A stretch of 63,962 nt of DNA, counting the filler, from Octopus bimaculoides (lineage: Eukaryota), in assembly GCF_001194135.2 (NCBI RefSeq). It is 5 parts of 5 records of this genome, joined end to end, with 100 filler letters (N's around TTAATTAATTAA, not from the genome) between each part and the next. Parts side by side here need not be neighbours in the genome. Positions count along the whole stretch, not along the records: positions 1 to 23,849 come from NC_068992.1; positions 23,950 to 28,537 come from NC_068997.1; positions 28,638 to 59,008 come from NC_068993.1; 2 more parts are not named here. One strand, 5' to 3'. Numbering within the stretch: the stretch's first letter is position 1; every line of letters begins with the position of its first letter. The translations under genes were made by a program, and so were the position numbers. Below the pieces are notes generated by a model. The model saw only the letters and a list, made by a program, of their open reading frames with translations. It searched no databases and was not told the DNA's origin. Below are positions 15,171-29,485 of the stretch, piece after piece.

Positions 15171-15375
15171 TTTTTTGTGATTCACAGAAAGTCAGATATT
15201 TATTGTTCATTTAGAAACTATTTTTAAAAAATGGTGAATATTTCAATGATTATCAACTGGTTCAACTAATGTCTCCTGCCTCAAGGAAACGAGTCCTGTA
15301 GTGTCTTGTAGTGACCATCCAAAATAAAAATGTTACACTTGCAAGGCTCATATATACATAAAAAGAGCACTTATA

Positions 15376-15530
15376 GGCATGGCTGTGTGGTACGAAGCTT
15401 CTTCCCAACCACATGGTTCCGGGTTCAGTCCACTGCGTGGCATCTTGGGGAAGTGTTTTCTACTATAGTCTCGGGCTGATCAAGGCCTTGTGAGTGGATT
15501 AGGTAGACGGAAACTGAAAGAAGCTCGTCG
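15376..15530 (+). mobile_element. tRNA-derived SINE family S1, 5' half
   Basis: GTGTGGTACGAAG A box, GGTTCAGTCC B box, CTTGGGGAAGTG core, GGAAACTGAAAGAAGCTCGTCG then (TA)n; homologous to 18901-19283, 24642-25059 and 45325-45635. Confidence 0.85.
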
Positions 15531-15895
15531 TATATATATATATATATATATNNNNNNNNNNNNNNNNNNNNNNNNNNNNNNNNNNNNNNNNNNNNNNNNN
15601 NNNNNNNNNNNNNNNNNNNNNNNNNNNNNNNNNNNNNNNNNNNNNNNNNNNNNNNNNNNNNNNNNNNNNNNNNNNNNNNNNNNNNNNNNNNNNNNNNNNN
15701 NNNNNNNNNNNNNNNNNNNNNNNNNNNNNNNNNNNNNNNNNNNNNNNNNNNNNNNNNNNNNNNNNNNNNNNNNNNNNNNNNNNNNNNNNNNNNNNNNNNN
15801 NNNNNNNNNNNNNNNNNNNNNNNNNNNNNNNNNNNNNNNNNNNNNNNNNNNNNNNNNNNNNNNNNNNNNNNNNNNNNNNNNNNNNNNNNNNNNNN

Positions 15896-15951
<56 letters not shown>

Positions 15952-15958
<7 letters not shown>

Positions 15959-16645
15959 AAGTCAAAGATTATCTTTATTATTGCCACTCTGCTTTCTGTG
16001 CATGCGTTCTGATAGTTGGTACTATTGTAGTCACGTGATCGAAGTTTGAGCCTGGTCGCACCATTTTTCCTTCTGGCTTTACAGTTTGAGCATGGTCGCT
16101 CCACTAGCAATGTGCACCAAAGTAGAACAAAGTGTAGTGATCCGATTTCTCTGGAAAAGGGGTTTGCGATCAACAGTGCAAGATACAGTTCTTTGGTGGC
16201 CAACAAACTGAAATCAGCAATTCGCACCAAACGTTGAAGCCTATTGTGAAAGAAGGTTTTGTTGTTGAACGACAATGCACGGCCCCGCACGGCCGCCCAG
16301 ACCGTTGAAACCATTAACCAATTTGGGTTTCGAGGTGCTAAAACACCCTGCCTACAGCTCAGATCTCGGCTCTTCCGACTGTCATATCTTTGGATCGCTC
16401 AAAGATGGTTTACGAGGTCGTCGATTTCCTATGGATGAAGATGTGAAGGAAGTGGTGCATAAATGGTTGCACGACCAACTGGAAACCTTCTTCTTGGAGG
16501 GAATACGCAATCTTGTGGACCTCTGGACCAAGTGCATCGAAAAGGAAGGAGACAATATATAAAAACTGACGTACTTGTTTATCTCTTGCTCTTGTGTAAA
16601 TGCATTGAGAAAACAAGAGTGCGTATAATATTTGACTCTCCCACG
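15952..16645 (+). mobile_element. Tc1/mariner element, internally deleted (non-autonomous)
   Basis: Imperfect TIRs CGAGGGGAAGTCAAAGATTAT / ATAATATTTGACTCTCCCACG (17/21) with TA at the right end. Remnant MVAPLAMCTKVEQSVVIRFL jumps directly to GFAINSARYS..KLKSAIRTKR, LLLNDNARPRT, HPAYSSDLGSSD and WTKCIEKEGD (mariner DD34D C-terminal half, frameshifted). Confidence 0.92.
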
Positions 16646-16990
16646 TATATATATATATATATNNNNNNNNNNNNNNNNNNNNNNNNNNNNNNNNNNNNNN
16701 NNNNNNNNNNNNNNNNNNNNNNNNNNNNNNNNNNNNNNNNNNNNNNNNNNNAATACATCGCCGGGATTTGTATACAAGCGTGTTCGACTAAAAAATGAAT
16801 TGGTAATGTTCTTTTTCTCACATAAATTCGCTGATACACTCATGCTAACTGGACTAACCGGCTGCGTATCTATAGATCAAAGAGAACATTACGAAAAACT
16901 TTTATATTGGAGTTTACGAAAATGAAGTGTTTAAATTGAGATGGATATGGCAATATGCAATGTATGAGATTATACACACACACACACACA

Positions 16991-17080
<90 letters not shown>

Positions 17081-17676
17081 AATACACACACACATATATT
17101 TGTTCATATATTACAACATGATACCAAGACTGATATGGAAAACTTAAACACTTCTACAATACATCTCATTTTAATATTTGAAGTACACATTTTGGATGGA
17201 TCTTTGTAAATGTAAAGATCAATATTTAGTTAGGTATATTTGGGCGATATCACACGTTTATCTTCAAAACTTTATTGTTTTAAATTATAGTGTTTTAAAT
17301 TATATTGTTTCAAATTATAATACAGAAGGAAAGCAATAACTAGTCGGCATTTTTGAAGAGAAATAGGTAATGTTAGTTGTATTGTATTTTCCGCTGAGGG
17401 GTACAAAACAACTGGAATTCTTTAATAATATAACGCTTCTGTAAAGGCATCTTGAAATCCTATCTTAATAAGATATTTGATAGTTGTCTTTTGCCTTTAC
17501 GCGTCAAAAGGATATTCTTTGAAGTGAAAGATATGCATTCATTTATATCTATATTTGATCTGACCTAAGATCTCTCCTCTTTTCCTAGAGAGGCACACAC
17601 TGATAAACATGGCTACTGACGCATTGTGATAGATGAATTACAATAGTAAAGGTCACGATCTATTCATTTTCGCTTG

Positions 17677-17746
17677 TCATCATCACCACCACCACCACCA
17701 CCACTACCATCATCATCATCGTCATCGTCGTCGTCATCATCATCAC

Positions 17747-17810
<64 letters not shown>
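17677..17810. repeat. compound (CAT/CAC/CGT)n(ATT)n microsatellite
   Basis: Direct. Confidence 0.9.
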
Positions 17811-17812
<2 letters not shown>

Positions 17813-18900
17813 ATAATTCGTCAATACTGATGTGTGAAATAAGAGATCGGCAGGTTCATCAGTGCATCTCTTGAAAAACATGAGAGGTCGCAGTGGCTTC
17901 GATAATAATTTTTACAGCCATCTTAACCAATCTTGAAAGTTGTTTCTGTACCTCTCTCTCTGCATACTTTTTATCAAAACAACTTCAAAAATCATCTGCT
18001 GTTGTATTTACAACGTTTATCTGCACTTAGATGCAGGATTTCACGTGATGGCAAATTCTCACATTTTCCTCAGTTTTGCTGTGTAAGTGGTGAACTAACT
18101 CCATCTCTATCAGCCTATCTTTGGGGGAGGCATAGCTTCTCAGTTATTCTTTATTGTTTAATAACAAAATAAACCAATAAACGAAGAATGAAAGAAAGGA
18201 GACGTGGGAGGGGAGTACAGAATACGATAATACTTTTAAAGTACTATCTGCTCTGTGTAGTAAAATTTACCACGGCTATTTTCCATCTGTATTCTGATCA
18301 ATAAAAATACTGATGCTACTTTACAGATCAATAAAATACATCAAAATACTTAGGCACTCCGGTCAACATGATCGAACTACATATACAGTTATTGAAACAT
18401 CTATTATTGATTCTGATCAATGGTATTGATAATAATGTTTCAGAGCGAATACAGTGATTCAAATATTGCTTTCGATCTCTAAAAGCTAGTGTAGTTTATC
18501 GATCCGAGCAGATAATTTAACCATTTAATCCGGTCGTCAATATCGATCTAGAAACATGACCATTTACAATATTTGACACACTAATATAATTCAGTCAATA
18601 AAATTTGTAAAATACACACACTCACACACAAAGAGACACATATGCACATATACACACGCAGGCACGCATACACACACACACATACACACACATACACACA
18701 TATACAAAATTTTGGGAATACGAGGGTCTGTGCGGGGACAGAAAATACTTCAGTCAGGCCATCAAGTACGACCCCCGCATCTTGGCAAATATCACTTAAC
18801 CGAGGTCCGTGCAAACAAAAGCTTTCTACTGAGCATCGCTAAAAATTATGCCTTCGTAGTTTTACAAACACAGGCAGATAGCTTTATTTTTTAAATCTTT

Positions 18901-19100
18901 TATCTTTTACTTGTTTCAGTCATTTAACTTCGGCCATACTGGGGCACCGACTTGAAGGGTTTTTAGTCTGGTACTTATCCTATTTCTCTCTTTGGCCGGA
19001 CCGCTAAGTTACGATGTTACGGGATGTAAACAAGCCAACATCAGTTGTCGGGCGGTGGTGGTGGACAAATACAACACAAATATAAACACACACACACACA

Positions 19101-19139
<39 letters not shown>

Positions 19140-19283
19140 TTATATACGAGTGGCTTCATTCAGTTTCCGTCTTATCAAATCAACTCGTAAGGATTTGGTC
19201 GGCCTGGAGCTATAGTAGAAGATAGTTGCCTAAGGTGCCGCAAAATGGAACTGAACCCTTCTGAACTACACAACTATACCTGC
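18901..19283 (-). mobile_element. SINE family S1, near full length with internal (CA)n
   Basis: CTTTTACTTGTTTCAGTCAT tail, CCGCTAAGTTACG, CAGTTTCCGTC, GCTATAGTAGAAG and GGAACTGAACCC are reverse complements of S1 motifs. Confidence 0.85.
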
Positions 19284-19295
19284 GTCTGTGTGTAG

Positions 19296-19334
<39 letters not shown>

Positions 19335-19785
19335 TATACACATACATGGTGCTTAGTACTCTGCACTGGTTGGCTACTGGTTCGCACATCTGCTGGTTTC
19401 TTCTCTCTGACATTTCTACCGTTACTATAACGTGCGCTGCTCTTCTACCCAGCAAATAAGACATACACGATCCGATGCCTCAGCCTAGAAGCCACTGTTT
19501 TCTATCAATAAACCCTGCACTATACGCACTTCAACAATTCTTTTCTTCTCAGGACCGGAATTCTCAGGACTCCACCCCTCTCACATAGACATAATTGTTA
19601 CATTCTATTCTCAGCTCATAGACAGTTAAAGTAAAGTTTCGCTAAAAGGATTCGCAAAAAATATAGGATTAGCTCAAAGATTTCGATACCTTCGCCCACA
19701 AAAATACACACAAACACACAAAGACATACATACTTACATACATACATACATACATAAATACATACATACATGCATGCATACATAC

Positions 19786-19816
<31 letters not shown>

Positions 19817-20197
19817 NNNNNNNNNNNNNNNNNNNNNNNNNNNNNNNNNNNNNNNNNNNNNNNNNNNNNNNNNNNNNNNNNNNNNNNNNNNNNNNNNNNN
19901 NNNNNNNNNNNNNNNNNNNNNNNNNNNNNNNNNNNNNNNNNNNNNNNNNNNNNNNNNNNNNNNNNNNNNNNNNNNNNNNNNNNNNNNNNNNNNNNNNNNN
20001 NNNNNNNNNNNNNNNNNNNNNNNNNNNNNNNNNNNNNNNNNNNNNNNNNNNNNNNNNNNNNNNNNNNNNNNNNNNNNNNNNNNNNNNNNNNNNNNNNNNN
20101 NNNNNNNNNNNNNNNNNNNNNNNNNNNNNNNNNNNNNNNNNNNNNNNNNNNNNNNNNNNNNNNNNNNNNNNNNNNNNNNNNNNNNNNNNNNNNNNNN

Positions 20198-20270
<73 letters not shown>

Positions 20271-20666
20271 GAGAGTGAGAGAGACAGATTGTGTGAATAT
20301 ATATGAGAGATTGTAGAAAAGCTCGTAGAAGCTGCTTACTGTTAGTTGAAAACAATGTAAGAATAAGCTGCATCTATGTAATACAACACCTGTACCTGCC
20401 ATAACCAACTGTGTGCTTATCTCAGTTGCGCACTTGTCTTCCATTGATATTCTTACCAACAATCTATGGATATTACAAAATATTATTACGAACACACGCC
20501 CACACACACATATACATACATTTATAGATACATACATATATACACGTATATATATATATATATATATTTGTACACGCACACAAATGAACAACCACACACA
20601 CGTACACTCACACCTATATAACCGCATGAGCATACATATGTATGCATATATATGTATGCATATATA

Positions 20667-20721
<55 letters not shown>

Positions 20722-21857
20722 CGTGTGTATATATATATATATATGCATTTGTGTATGTGTGTTTATGTATATGAATATACGCATGCATGTATTTACACAT
20801 ATATGTGTAAATGCATTTCATACGTACATAAATACATATACCTATGTACATGTATTCACAGTACACGTTCCTATGTTTGTGCGTGGTATGTGTTTGTGTA
20901 TATATGGATGGACATATCCACATATTTACACATACAATCACATGAAAATGTGTGCACACCCGTACTTCATATTTTTCTTTATTGTGTGCTGTGATGTATC
21001 TACATACGCATGCGCTCACTCTTAGACAGCTAAACGCTCACATAGGCACATAAATAGATAATTAAATAACTCTGCTGTAAGTGGCTGAATATCTCTCAGT
21101 CGCGTATAACTTTAAAGTAATTCTCAAGTAGAATCAGTGTGACCCACTCATTTGTGACAAAAGTTATTTTATGCCTTACTAGTACAATCTATCCAACGAT
21201 AGATCTTCGCGAAGTTTCCGTGTATTTAAGTTTTAGATTAGCACGATGCTACGGTAAAAAAAACATGGGACCGACCTCGCGATTTCATGATTGCGAAGTG
21301 AATTTCTTAACCATGCACAAATGCACTTATGTACATATAATTGATGCTATTACGTCGTCTGCATTTAGCATACGATAGCTTTTGGGCAGAGATTTGCTGA
21401 GAGTGTGCAGAGAGGTAGTGGGAGGCTGTGGATATTGTGAAGTCATACAATTTCCTTGTTAAAAGGCTTTATTGGTATTCTCAGTGAAGTGGGATTGAAA
21501 TCACGTCCCTGATTTTACCATTTGCATCATGTACTGTATGAATACCGTAGACTTTGTACATATATAAGCATTTTGTATAGGGGTGAGGGGTGGGTGAATG
21601 AGTGGCAGTGTTCTTTTTTCTTTTAATGTTAGTAAATTCAAAGGGATCATGTCAAAAGAACTCCCTTTCCTCTTAGACAATATAAAATATGGATCAGAAA
21701 CCCATCGATAAGACCGATATAAAGGCGCATGCGCACATCCATGTACACGCTTTCATAGTCAAATATATTCACGAACACGCACGTTTTCAGAGTTACGTGC
21801 TGCTTCGACATGGGCAGAATCATAAACCGTACGTGTGTGTGTGTGTATGCATAGATG

Positions 21858-21933
<76 letters not shown>

Positions 21934-22739
21934 AGTATATATAAATTATATATGTATATACACACTCAAAAATCACACACATGTATTTCAAGGTTGTACT
22001 GGTGTTGTAAGACAATGTTTTGAAATTGAAGCAATTCCACAGTTTCATAATTCCATCGCGGAAGAGTCCATTTTAGCCACTTGGAAACAACACCTCCACC
22101 TCACACGCAATCTGTTATATACTCATTTCTTTCCCCTGTATTACATAACAGTACACTTTGTTATGAAGTAAACGAAAAGTGAATATAGCATCTTTTCTAT
22201 GTTACATTAAATAGTTCAAATTCCCCATACACAATGCAATTGTTACACACACTCACGTGAAAAAAGAATATATATGAAAAAAGAATATATATATCTGTAT
22301 GTATGTATGTAAATATGATTGTATGTATGTTTGAATGTCTGTATGTCTGTATGTATGTATACATGTATGTATGTATGTATGTATGTATGTATGAAAAACG
22401 TAAAAATTCAGATCTTATGTTAGTTGAGATCATATCATTTTTATTTTTCTACCGTTATTCTAACTAAATACTTGTTCTTTTTTTTTTCTTTTTCCTGAAA
22501 GTTGAATCAATTGGGATTCAATTTTACAAGAATTGTTGTCACTTTTATCGTCGTTGCAGCTGCAACTATCTCCAATATGCAGCACTCTTTTCTCTTTTTT
22601 CCTTCTTTTATCTTTTTTCACTTGTTATTTGTTTTACAGAAGCCGTAGAAGAAAAATAGCAACCTATATAAATGGATGTATTATGTATTTTTTTCGAATG
22701 TGCATCTCAAGTACCTATTGATGTTGTTGTTGTCATTGC

Positions 22740-22814
<75 letters not shown>

Positions 22815-23194
22815 TTATTATTGTTCTTGTTTTTTGTGTTGCTTTCATTCGTTATATATTATTTATCACTTCTCTTTGTATTGGGATAAGGCAGACACAC
22901 ANNNNNNNNNNNNNNNNNNNNNNNNNNNNNNNNNNNNNNNNNNNNNNNNNNNNNNNNNNNNNNNNNNNNNNNNNNNNNNNNNNNNNNNNNNNNNNNNNNN
23001 NNNNNNNNNNNNNNNNNNNNNNNNNNNNNNNNNNNNNNNNNNNNNNNNNNNNNNNNNNNNNNNNNNNNNNNNNNNNNNNNNNNNNNNNNNNNNNNNNNNN
23101 NNNNNNNNNNNNNNNNNNNNNNNNNNNNNNNNNNNNNNNNNNNNNNNNNNNNNNNNNNNNNNNNNNNNNNNNNNNNNNNNNNNNNNNNNNNNNN

Positions 23195-23229
<35 letters not shown>

Positions 23230-23893
23230 ATTCATACAAACAATATATAATTGTGCATATGCAAATGTACATATATGCACATATATATATACAATATATA
23301 TATATATATATCTATATCTATATCTATATCTATCTATCTATCTATCTATATAATTTTTTCTATTATTTTTTCTAATATATAATTCCTGTACATTACCTCC
23401 AAACCTTCCAATATATATATATATACATACCTAAATAAATGGAAGTGAATGAGAGGAAGACAGGAGAGCGAGAGAAAGAAATGTAGTAAACTCATCGATC
23501 TTCTTTATCCCCCTCAATCCCTTCTGTAGTCGCTGCCTTTTAGTTAGCTCTTAAAACTTACACCTAATCTCAAATTATCCCCACTCTTTCTTCAATCTTC
23601 CCTAATTATTATTCTCCCTTCCATTCTCATTCTCTCCTCCTTCCTCTCCGTCATATCCACTCTAACTCATTCATTCACTCACTCACTCACTCATTCACTC
23701 GCTCGCTCGCTCAGTCTATATGTCCCGTACTTATTGTCTTATCCTTTATCAGGTCTTTCACTTCAAACGAAAATTCTTATGTGAATTGTGAATAAATGAA
23801 AAATCGATATACTTAACGAACTAGAATAAATAAAAAAAAAAAAAAAAAANNNNNNNNNNNNNNNNNNNNNNNNNNNNNNNNNNNNNNNNNNNN

Positions 23894-23905
23894 TTAATTA
23901 ATTAA
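23894..23905. other. synthetic six-frame-stop spacer inside a 100-bp gap
   Basis: TTAATTAATTAA flanked by exactly 44 N on each side. Confidence 0.95.
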
Positions 23906-24132
23906 NNNNNNNNNNNNNNNNNNNNNNNNNNNNNNNNNNNNNNNNNNNNTTTTTTTTTTATGAATTAAACTGCGGAAAAATAATACAGTACATGACTGGT
24001 TGTCGTTTTATCGATCTCAATGAGGGGAGGAGGTCAATGAAATACAAATCGGACACCAACGGAATATAAACACAAAACAATAATAAAAGGAAAAGAACCT
24101 AAAATCTATGACCATTCAATCTGTCACTTGGC

Positions 24133-24173
<41 letters not shown>

Positions 24174-24641
24174 TCTGTGTGAATATTACTCTTTTACCAT
24201 CTTCTAGGATGTCATATTTATTGTAGTATTTAACAGCGTGTCTTAACAGACTGATTTAATTCCCCATTGTTCTTCCCACTGGGGCCTATAAAACTAATTA
24301 AGAGCCAAGTGTCAGGAATCGATAAAATTGATTGTTCTTCCCAAAATGTGTACAGAAATCTACAGAAATCAATATTAGCTTCCAAAGTGTAGCCCAATCA
24401 GTCATTGAACCCCTGCTCAAGAATTTATTGTGTCTAGGGTGAGTCGGTTTAGCATAGCATCATATTAAATATTTTGCCTAAAACTATTGCTTACCTCGTT
24501 TTATTAATTACAGTTGTGCAAAACAAAATTGTTGATGACGAAGATATGAATAAGATCCGAAACATGCTTCTACAACTGCTTCTTCTTTTCCTTGTACACG
24601 AACATGTATAGATGTGACGTGTTGGGCGGATGATTTTAGAC

Positions 24642-25059
24642 GCAGGCGCGGTTGTATGGTTAAGAGGCTCACTTTGCAACCGTGTGTTTCCAGGTTCAGT
24701 CCTAATGCGCGGTACCTTGGCCAAGTGTTTTCTATTATAGCCCCAGACTGACCAATAACTTGTGAGTGGATTTGATAGACAGAAGCTGAAAGAAGCCCGT
24801 CATATATATATGAGTGTGTGTATATGTGTGTGTGCGTGCACGTGTGTGTGTGTGTGCATGTGTGCGTGCGTATGTATGTGTGACTTTCAGTTTGTCCCCA
24901 TACCGCTTGACAACCTATACTGGTTCGTTTACGTTCCCGTATACTTGCAGGGATCCATTTGTTAGAATAAGAACCACTACAGGGGTCAATTTGCTTGACT
25001 AAAGCTTTTACGGCTGTGTCCCAGCATGGCGGCAATCAAATGACCGAAAGAAGTCAAAC
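24642..25059 (+). mobile_element. SINE family S1, full length, diverged
   Basis: GTATGGTTAAG...GGTTCAGTCC...ACCTTGGCCAAGTG...GAAAGAAGCCCGTC, internal (GT)n, tail CCAGCATGGC...AAATGACCGAAA. Confidence 0.85.
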
Positions 25060-25549
25060 GTTGTATACCACAAGTAATGAAAGAGAACACTGTTGTCATA
25101 CCAATAAATTTATGTTCGATCAGCCAGCAACAAAATTATGACTAACAACACTCTAGTATTTGTATGGATTTTGTAAAGCAATAAATAGTATTTCAAAAAT
25201 CCTTGTGCCGCATCATTGCACTGTAACTCTACAGCACAAGATAATGAATCACTTGTCATTTTCTTTTTAAATCTAATTTACAAGATTCAGCGCTGCAAGA
25301 AGCATTGGGATGTCCCAACGCTATTCCGCACCCATTTATAAAAAAAAGCGGATTGGACCATTTGTAAGTTACGTGTTTTGGACAGTGACATAATGCAGTA
25401 CCCTTGAGAGGACATGAACTGTCCACTTCATACTGCCTTGCTCATTAGACGCCAACCAATTTCAACCATCTGTTTTCTGTACCATCAATATTTTATCTAT
25501 AAAAAAAATTATACACCTTAGTTGAGTTATTATTTATTTTTAATGTTGC

Positions 25550-25745
25550 TTCGCCCCAGGTCAGATCAAGCAGACTTTTGTTCAATGGAGTTCAGACTTT
25601 TGATAAAAGGAGTTAGGTTTTCAAACATATTGTATCTAGGATGACAATATTGAGTACATTCTTTCGTTTTAAGATAGTAGATTGTGATTTGAGGATGATT
25701 TGGCTGCTACTGCTTGCAGGTCTTGTGGACCCATTGAGTAACAGC
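25550..25745 (+). repeat. degenerate interspersed repeat (related copies near 26065-26215, 40260-40420, 45690-45860)
   Basis: Shared CCCCAG..GATC(A/G)AG..AGAC and GTGATTT..G..GATTTG(G/T)CTG motifs, by eye. Confidence 0.45.
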
Positions 25746-26448
25746 CCCCAAAGTATGAATCGTCACCCATATTCTGAAAGGGTCTCGGAGACAATTTAAA
25801 AAAATTTGATACGATGTAAAACTTATTAAATTATACCCACGTATCACGCGGTATCATCTTTACAAAAAGTAACACATTAGATGATGTGCTCTTAGCTATA
25901 CCATTAATGAAAATCAAAAGACAAATAATCAAGTCTGACCTGGTATTCACCAAGGATAACAACGACAACATGAGCAATAGTAACAGATGGTCATTGTATT
26001 TTTTCCTTGCCACTGGACAAGTCAATATAAAAACTTTGCTAATAATTAAGGATCTCGAGAAGAAATAGAAGTCAGCAAAGCCTACCAGCTCTGATTAAAA
26101 ATACGAATGGTCAAATTAGTTCCAACCATGATTATCTTGCCTTTTAAATAGAGACAGTTAGGTGTGATTGGGTGAGGGTTTGTTTGACAACTTTACCAGT
26201 AAGGGTGGCCATGAGGAAATCGGTCTAATCAAACAGACATGAAGTGAAAGGAGGATCGTTAGTGAGGCTATCCCGTCTTTTACCAAACTCATCCTTCCTA
26301 CTTTCTAAACAGTATAGTGTGATTTAAGATAAAAATTCGGTTGCTCAGTATAGCAAATCTATCGACCACACTCAAAACTCATGCGCTTAAATGGACGTAT
26401 GTATGTATGTATGTATGTATGTATGTATGTATGTACGTATGTATGTGT

Positions 26449-26565
26449 GTCATTATTCAGTTTATTTCAAGATTTCTTGCCAATAGAGAAAGAATCGGTT
26501 TCTAACCCAGATCCAAGGTTCCTTCATTGGAATTTCAACATCAACACCAGGGTATTTTTGTTTTT
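26449..26565 (+). repeat. ~115-bp interspersed mini-element embedded in (TATG)n
   Basis: GTCATTATTCAGTTTATTTCAAGATTTCTTGCCAATAGAGAAAGA... matches the reverse complement of 13156-13270. Confidence 0.85.
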
Positions 26566-27189
26566 ATGTATGTATGTATGTATGTATGTATGTATGTATG
26601 TATGTATGTATGTATGATTATCTGTATATATGCATGCATGCGTGTATGTATTTATGCCTGTGCGTATATGTATATGTATATATGTATGTATGCATTTGAA
26701 TGTGTGTCTGTATGCGTTATTCTGCACGTGTTTGTCAGTCTGTGTATGTGTGTGTGTGAGCAAAGGAGTGTAAATCAATTTATTACACCCATATATGGTA
26801 GTATGTTTTTAAGTGAGTTTATAGTTTATCCTTTTTAATGTGTGTATGACAGTTAGTCTATGTGTCTATAAGGGTACAAGTGTGTATGGAATACTCAGCC
26901 ATTTAGGTCAATTTAGGTCAATATGGATTCGTACATATGATGTGTATCTGTACGAAGTTATATGCATGTGTTTAATGTGTGTGTGTGTGTGTGTGTATGT
27001 GTGTGTGTGTGTGTGTGTGTGCGTGCGTGCGTGTGTGTGTGTGAATGAGAGATTCTGAATAAATTAGTACAGACATTATTCCAGTAACCAACAGTGAAAA
27101 CAACAATATCGGTAAAAAGAACAACTACAACAGCAGCAGCAGCAGCAGCAGCAGTAATTGCATCATCAAAAAGCAACAACACCACTATC

Positions 27190-27220
<31 letters not shown>

Positions 27221-28581
27221 GAAGTTGCAAAAACTGACTGATTTCATTTTGGGAGAATTAAAACAATCCAAATGATTTAAGCTCAGCTGATATCTTGCAT
27301 ATTCCTCTGTCAGTTTGTCTGTCTGTCATCCTCTCTTTTTCTCACTCTATCTTCGTCTCTCTCTCTATATATATCTTCCTCTCTCTCTTGCTTTCTTTCC
27401 AATCTCCTTCTGCTCACGCCCGCCTCCGCCTTGTCTCTGTTTATACGGCTTCCACATTGATGTTAATTAGTTTTTTTACAGTGTGCATCAGCATGCACAT
27501 GTATGCATATATGCATATGCGTTTNNNNNNNNNNNNNNNNNNNNNNNNNNNNNNNNNNNNNNNNNNNNNNNNNNNNNNNNNNNNNNNNNNNNNNNNNNNN
27601 NNNNNNNNNNNNNNNNNNNNNNNNNNNNNNNNNNNNNNNNNNNNNNNNNNNNNNNNNNNNNNNNNNNNNNNNNNNNNNNNNNNNNNNNNNNNNNNNNNNN
27701 NNNNNNNNNNNNNNNNNNNNNNNNNNNNNNNNNNNNNNNNNNNNNNNNNNNNNNNNNNNNNNNNNNNNNNNNNNNNNNNNNNNNNNNNNNNNNNNNNNNN
27801 NNNNNNNNNNNNNNNNNNNNNNNNNNNNNNNNNNNNNNNNNNNNNNNNNNNNNNNNNNNNNNNNNNNNNNNNNNNNNNNNNNNNNNNNNNNNNNNNNNNN
27901 NNNNNNNNNNNNNNNNNNNNNNNNNNNNNNNNNNNNNNNNNNNNNNNNNNNNNNNNNNNNNNNNNNNNNNNNNNNNNNNNNTATATATATATATATATAT
28001 ATATATGCATATATGAATGTATTTATGTATAAGTGGGCATTTATCGATCTCTATATATGTGCGTGTGTTTGTGTGTGGGTGGGAGCTGCACATACGTGTG
28101 TGTGTTGATACGTGTGTGTGTTGATACGTGTGTGTATATATGTATATATATATATATATACATGTATACATGTGCCCACGTATGTATATAAGTATGCATG
28201 CATGTATGTATGTATGTATGTACGTATGTGAGAAGGATTGGCAGATTCTGCGCTCGGAATTGCAATCACTTCGAGGTCAGCTTCCTCATTCATCCTGGAG
28301 CTGTCGATTAAAGAAGTACCAATCGAAGAAGATGGATTCGCGGAGCATTACAGGGTCGGGTAACATGCCTTGCGATGTTTTCTCCAGCATTGAACATTTT
28401 GGAAAGAACGCTTGCGGTAACAAATAGTAATTTGTACATCGAACAAAGTCGAAGGTCTTTACTTTGCATATCACTAGTGGCGGCGTGGAGATCGGAAATT
28501 TGCATGCATTGGCATCTACTAGTCTTTCCTAATATATNNNNNNNNNNNNNNNNNNNNNNNNNNNNNNNNNNNNNNNNNNNN

Positions 28582-28593
28582 TTAATTAATTAA
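28582..28593. other. synthetic six-frame-stop spacer inside a 100-bp gap
   Basis: 44N-TTAATTAATTAA-44N. Confidence 0.95.
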
Positions 28594-28730
28594 NNNNNNN
28601 NNNNNNNNNNNNNNNNNNNNNNNNNNNNNNNNNNNNNTATATATGAGTGTGTGTGTGTGTGTATACATATTTATAAACACACACACATATGTACATATGA
28701 TATATATAGAAGCGTGCACACATACATTTA

Positions 28731-28761
<31 letters not shown>

Positions 28762-29119
28762 GCCCACTGTGTCCTGGCCGACATTTGATAACCTGAAAAA
28801 GTGATAAACTAAAGTTTCTTCGCATTACTTTCCTTAACCCTGTAGTAGTCACTGTCTCAATCTACTCATTGTTTTCGTTTCCTCCAATTTTCTGCGCAGT
28901 TACTGCCGCGTAGTTCCGTCACTGGAACCGTAAAAATCTGTAAAACTTTCCAGAAGTTTGTCATTTAACGATATATGAGCATATCTAGATATGTAACAAA
29001 CACAGACTCGAGAGCGTAGTCATGACTCAGAAGGATGGCGCTTTTTAGAAATAGAATTAATTTAATAAGAAAAATCGATGATTGGTTTGAGGAGTAACAA
29101 GAAGCGATGAATTTAAACT

Positions 29120-29485
29120 GCATTATTTACATTCGACGGATATTTGTCCCCATCTTGTTTGTTGTTAACACAACGTTTCGGCTGATATATCCTCCAGCCT
29201 TCTTCAGGTGTCTGGGTTCTCATTCCTAAGGTATTTTTCGATGCTATTATTATTATTATTATTATTTTATGTTTGACTTTTGTTTTGCATTTGTACAAGT
29301 TGGATCCAAGTCTCACCCAGAGACCTCAAGAGACAACAAGTTAGAAGTTCATGTAGGTGTTATGCCTAGGGTACCATATATTTGGATTTATACATAGTGT
29401 TGTTCTAGAGTATGTTTAAGAAACCATAAGAAAATTATGTGTTTGTTTTAAAATTTGAGATCACATAGACAGTATTTTACGTAGG
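29120..29485 (-). mobile_element. Penelope-like element terminal (pLTR-type) fragment
   Basis: Reverse complement of 29815-30005 plus upstream body; carries a hammerhead motif; the same tail follows a GIY-YIG-like remnant at 57.0-57.4 kb. Confidence 0.8.
29167..29212 (-). ncRNA. minimal type I hammerhead ribozyme (PLE-type), intact core
   Basis: GACAC-CUGAAGA-A-GGCUGG(AGGAUAUA)UCAGCC-GAAA-CGUU-GUGUU: 5-bp stem I, 6-bp stem II, palindromic AACGUU helix III; predicted cleavage between 29172 and 29171. Confidence 0.8.

Noticed and set aside
19340-19602. Possible solo LTR (AATAAA, ends TGTTACA)
   Set aside because: No TG start, TSD or second copy identifiable
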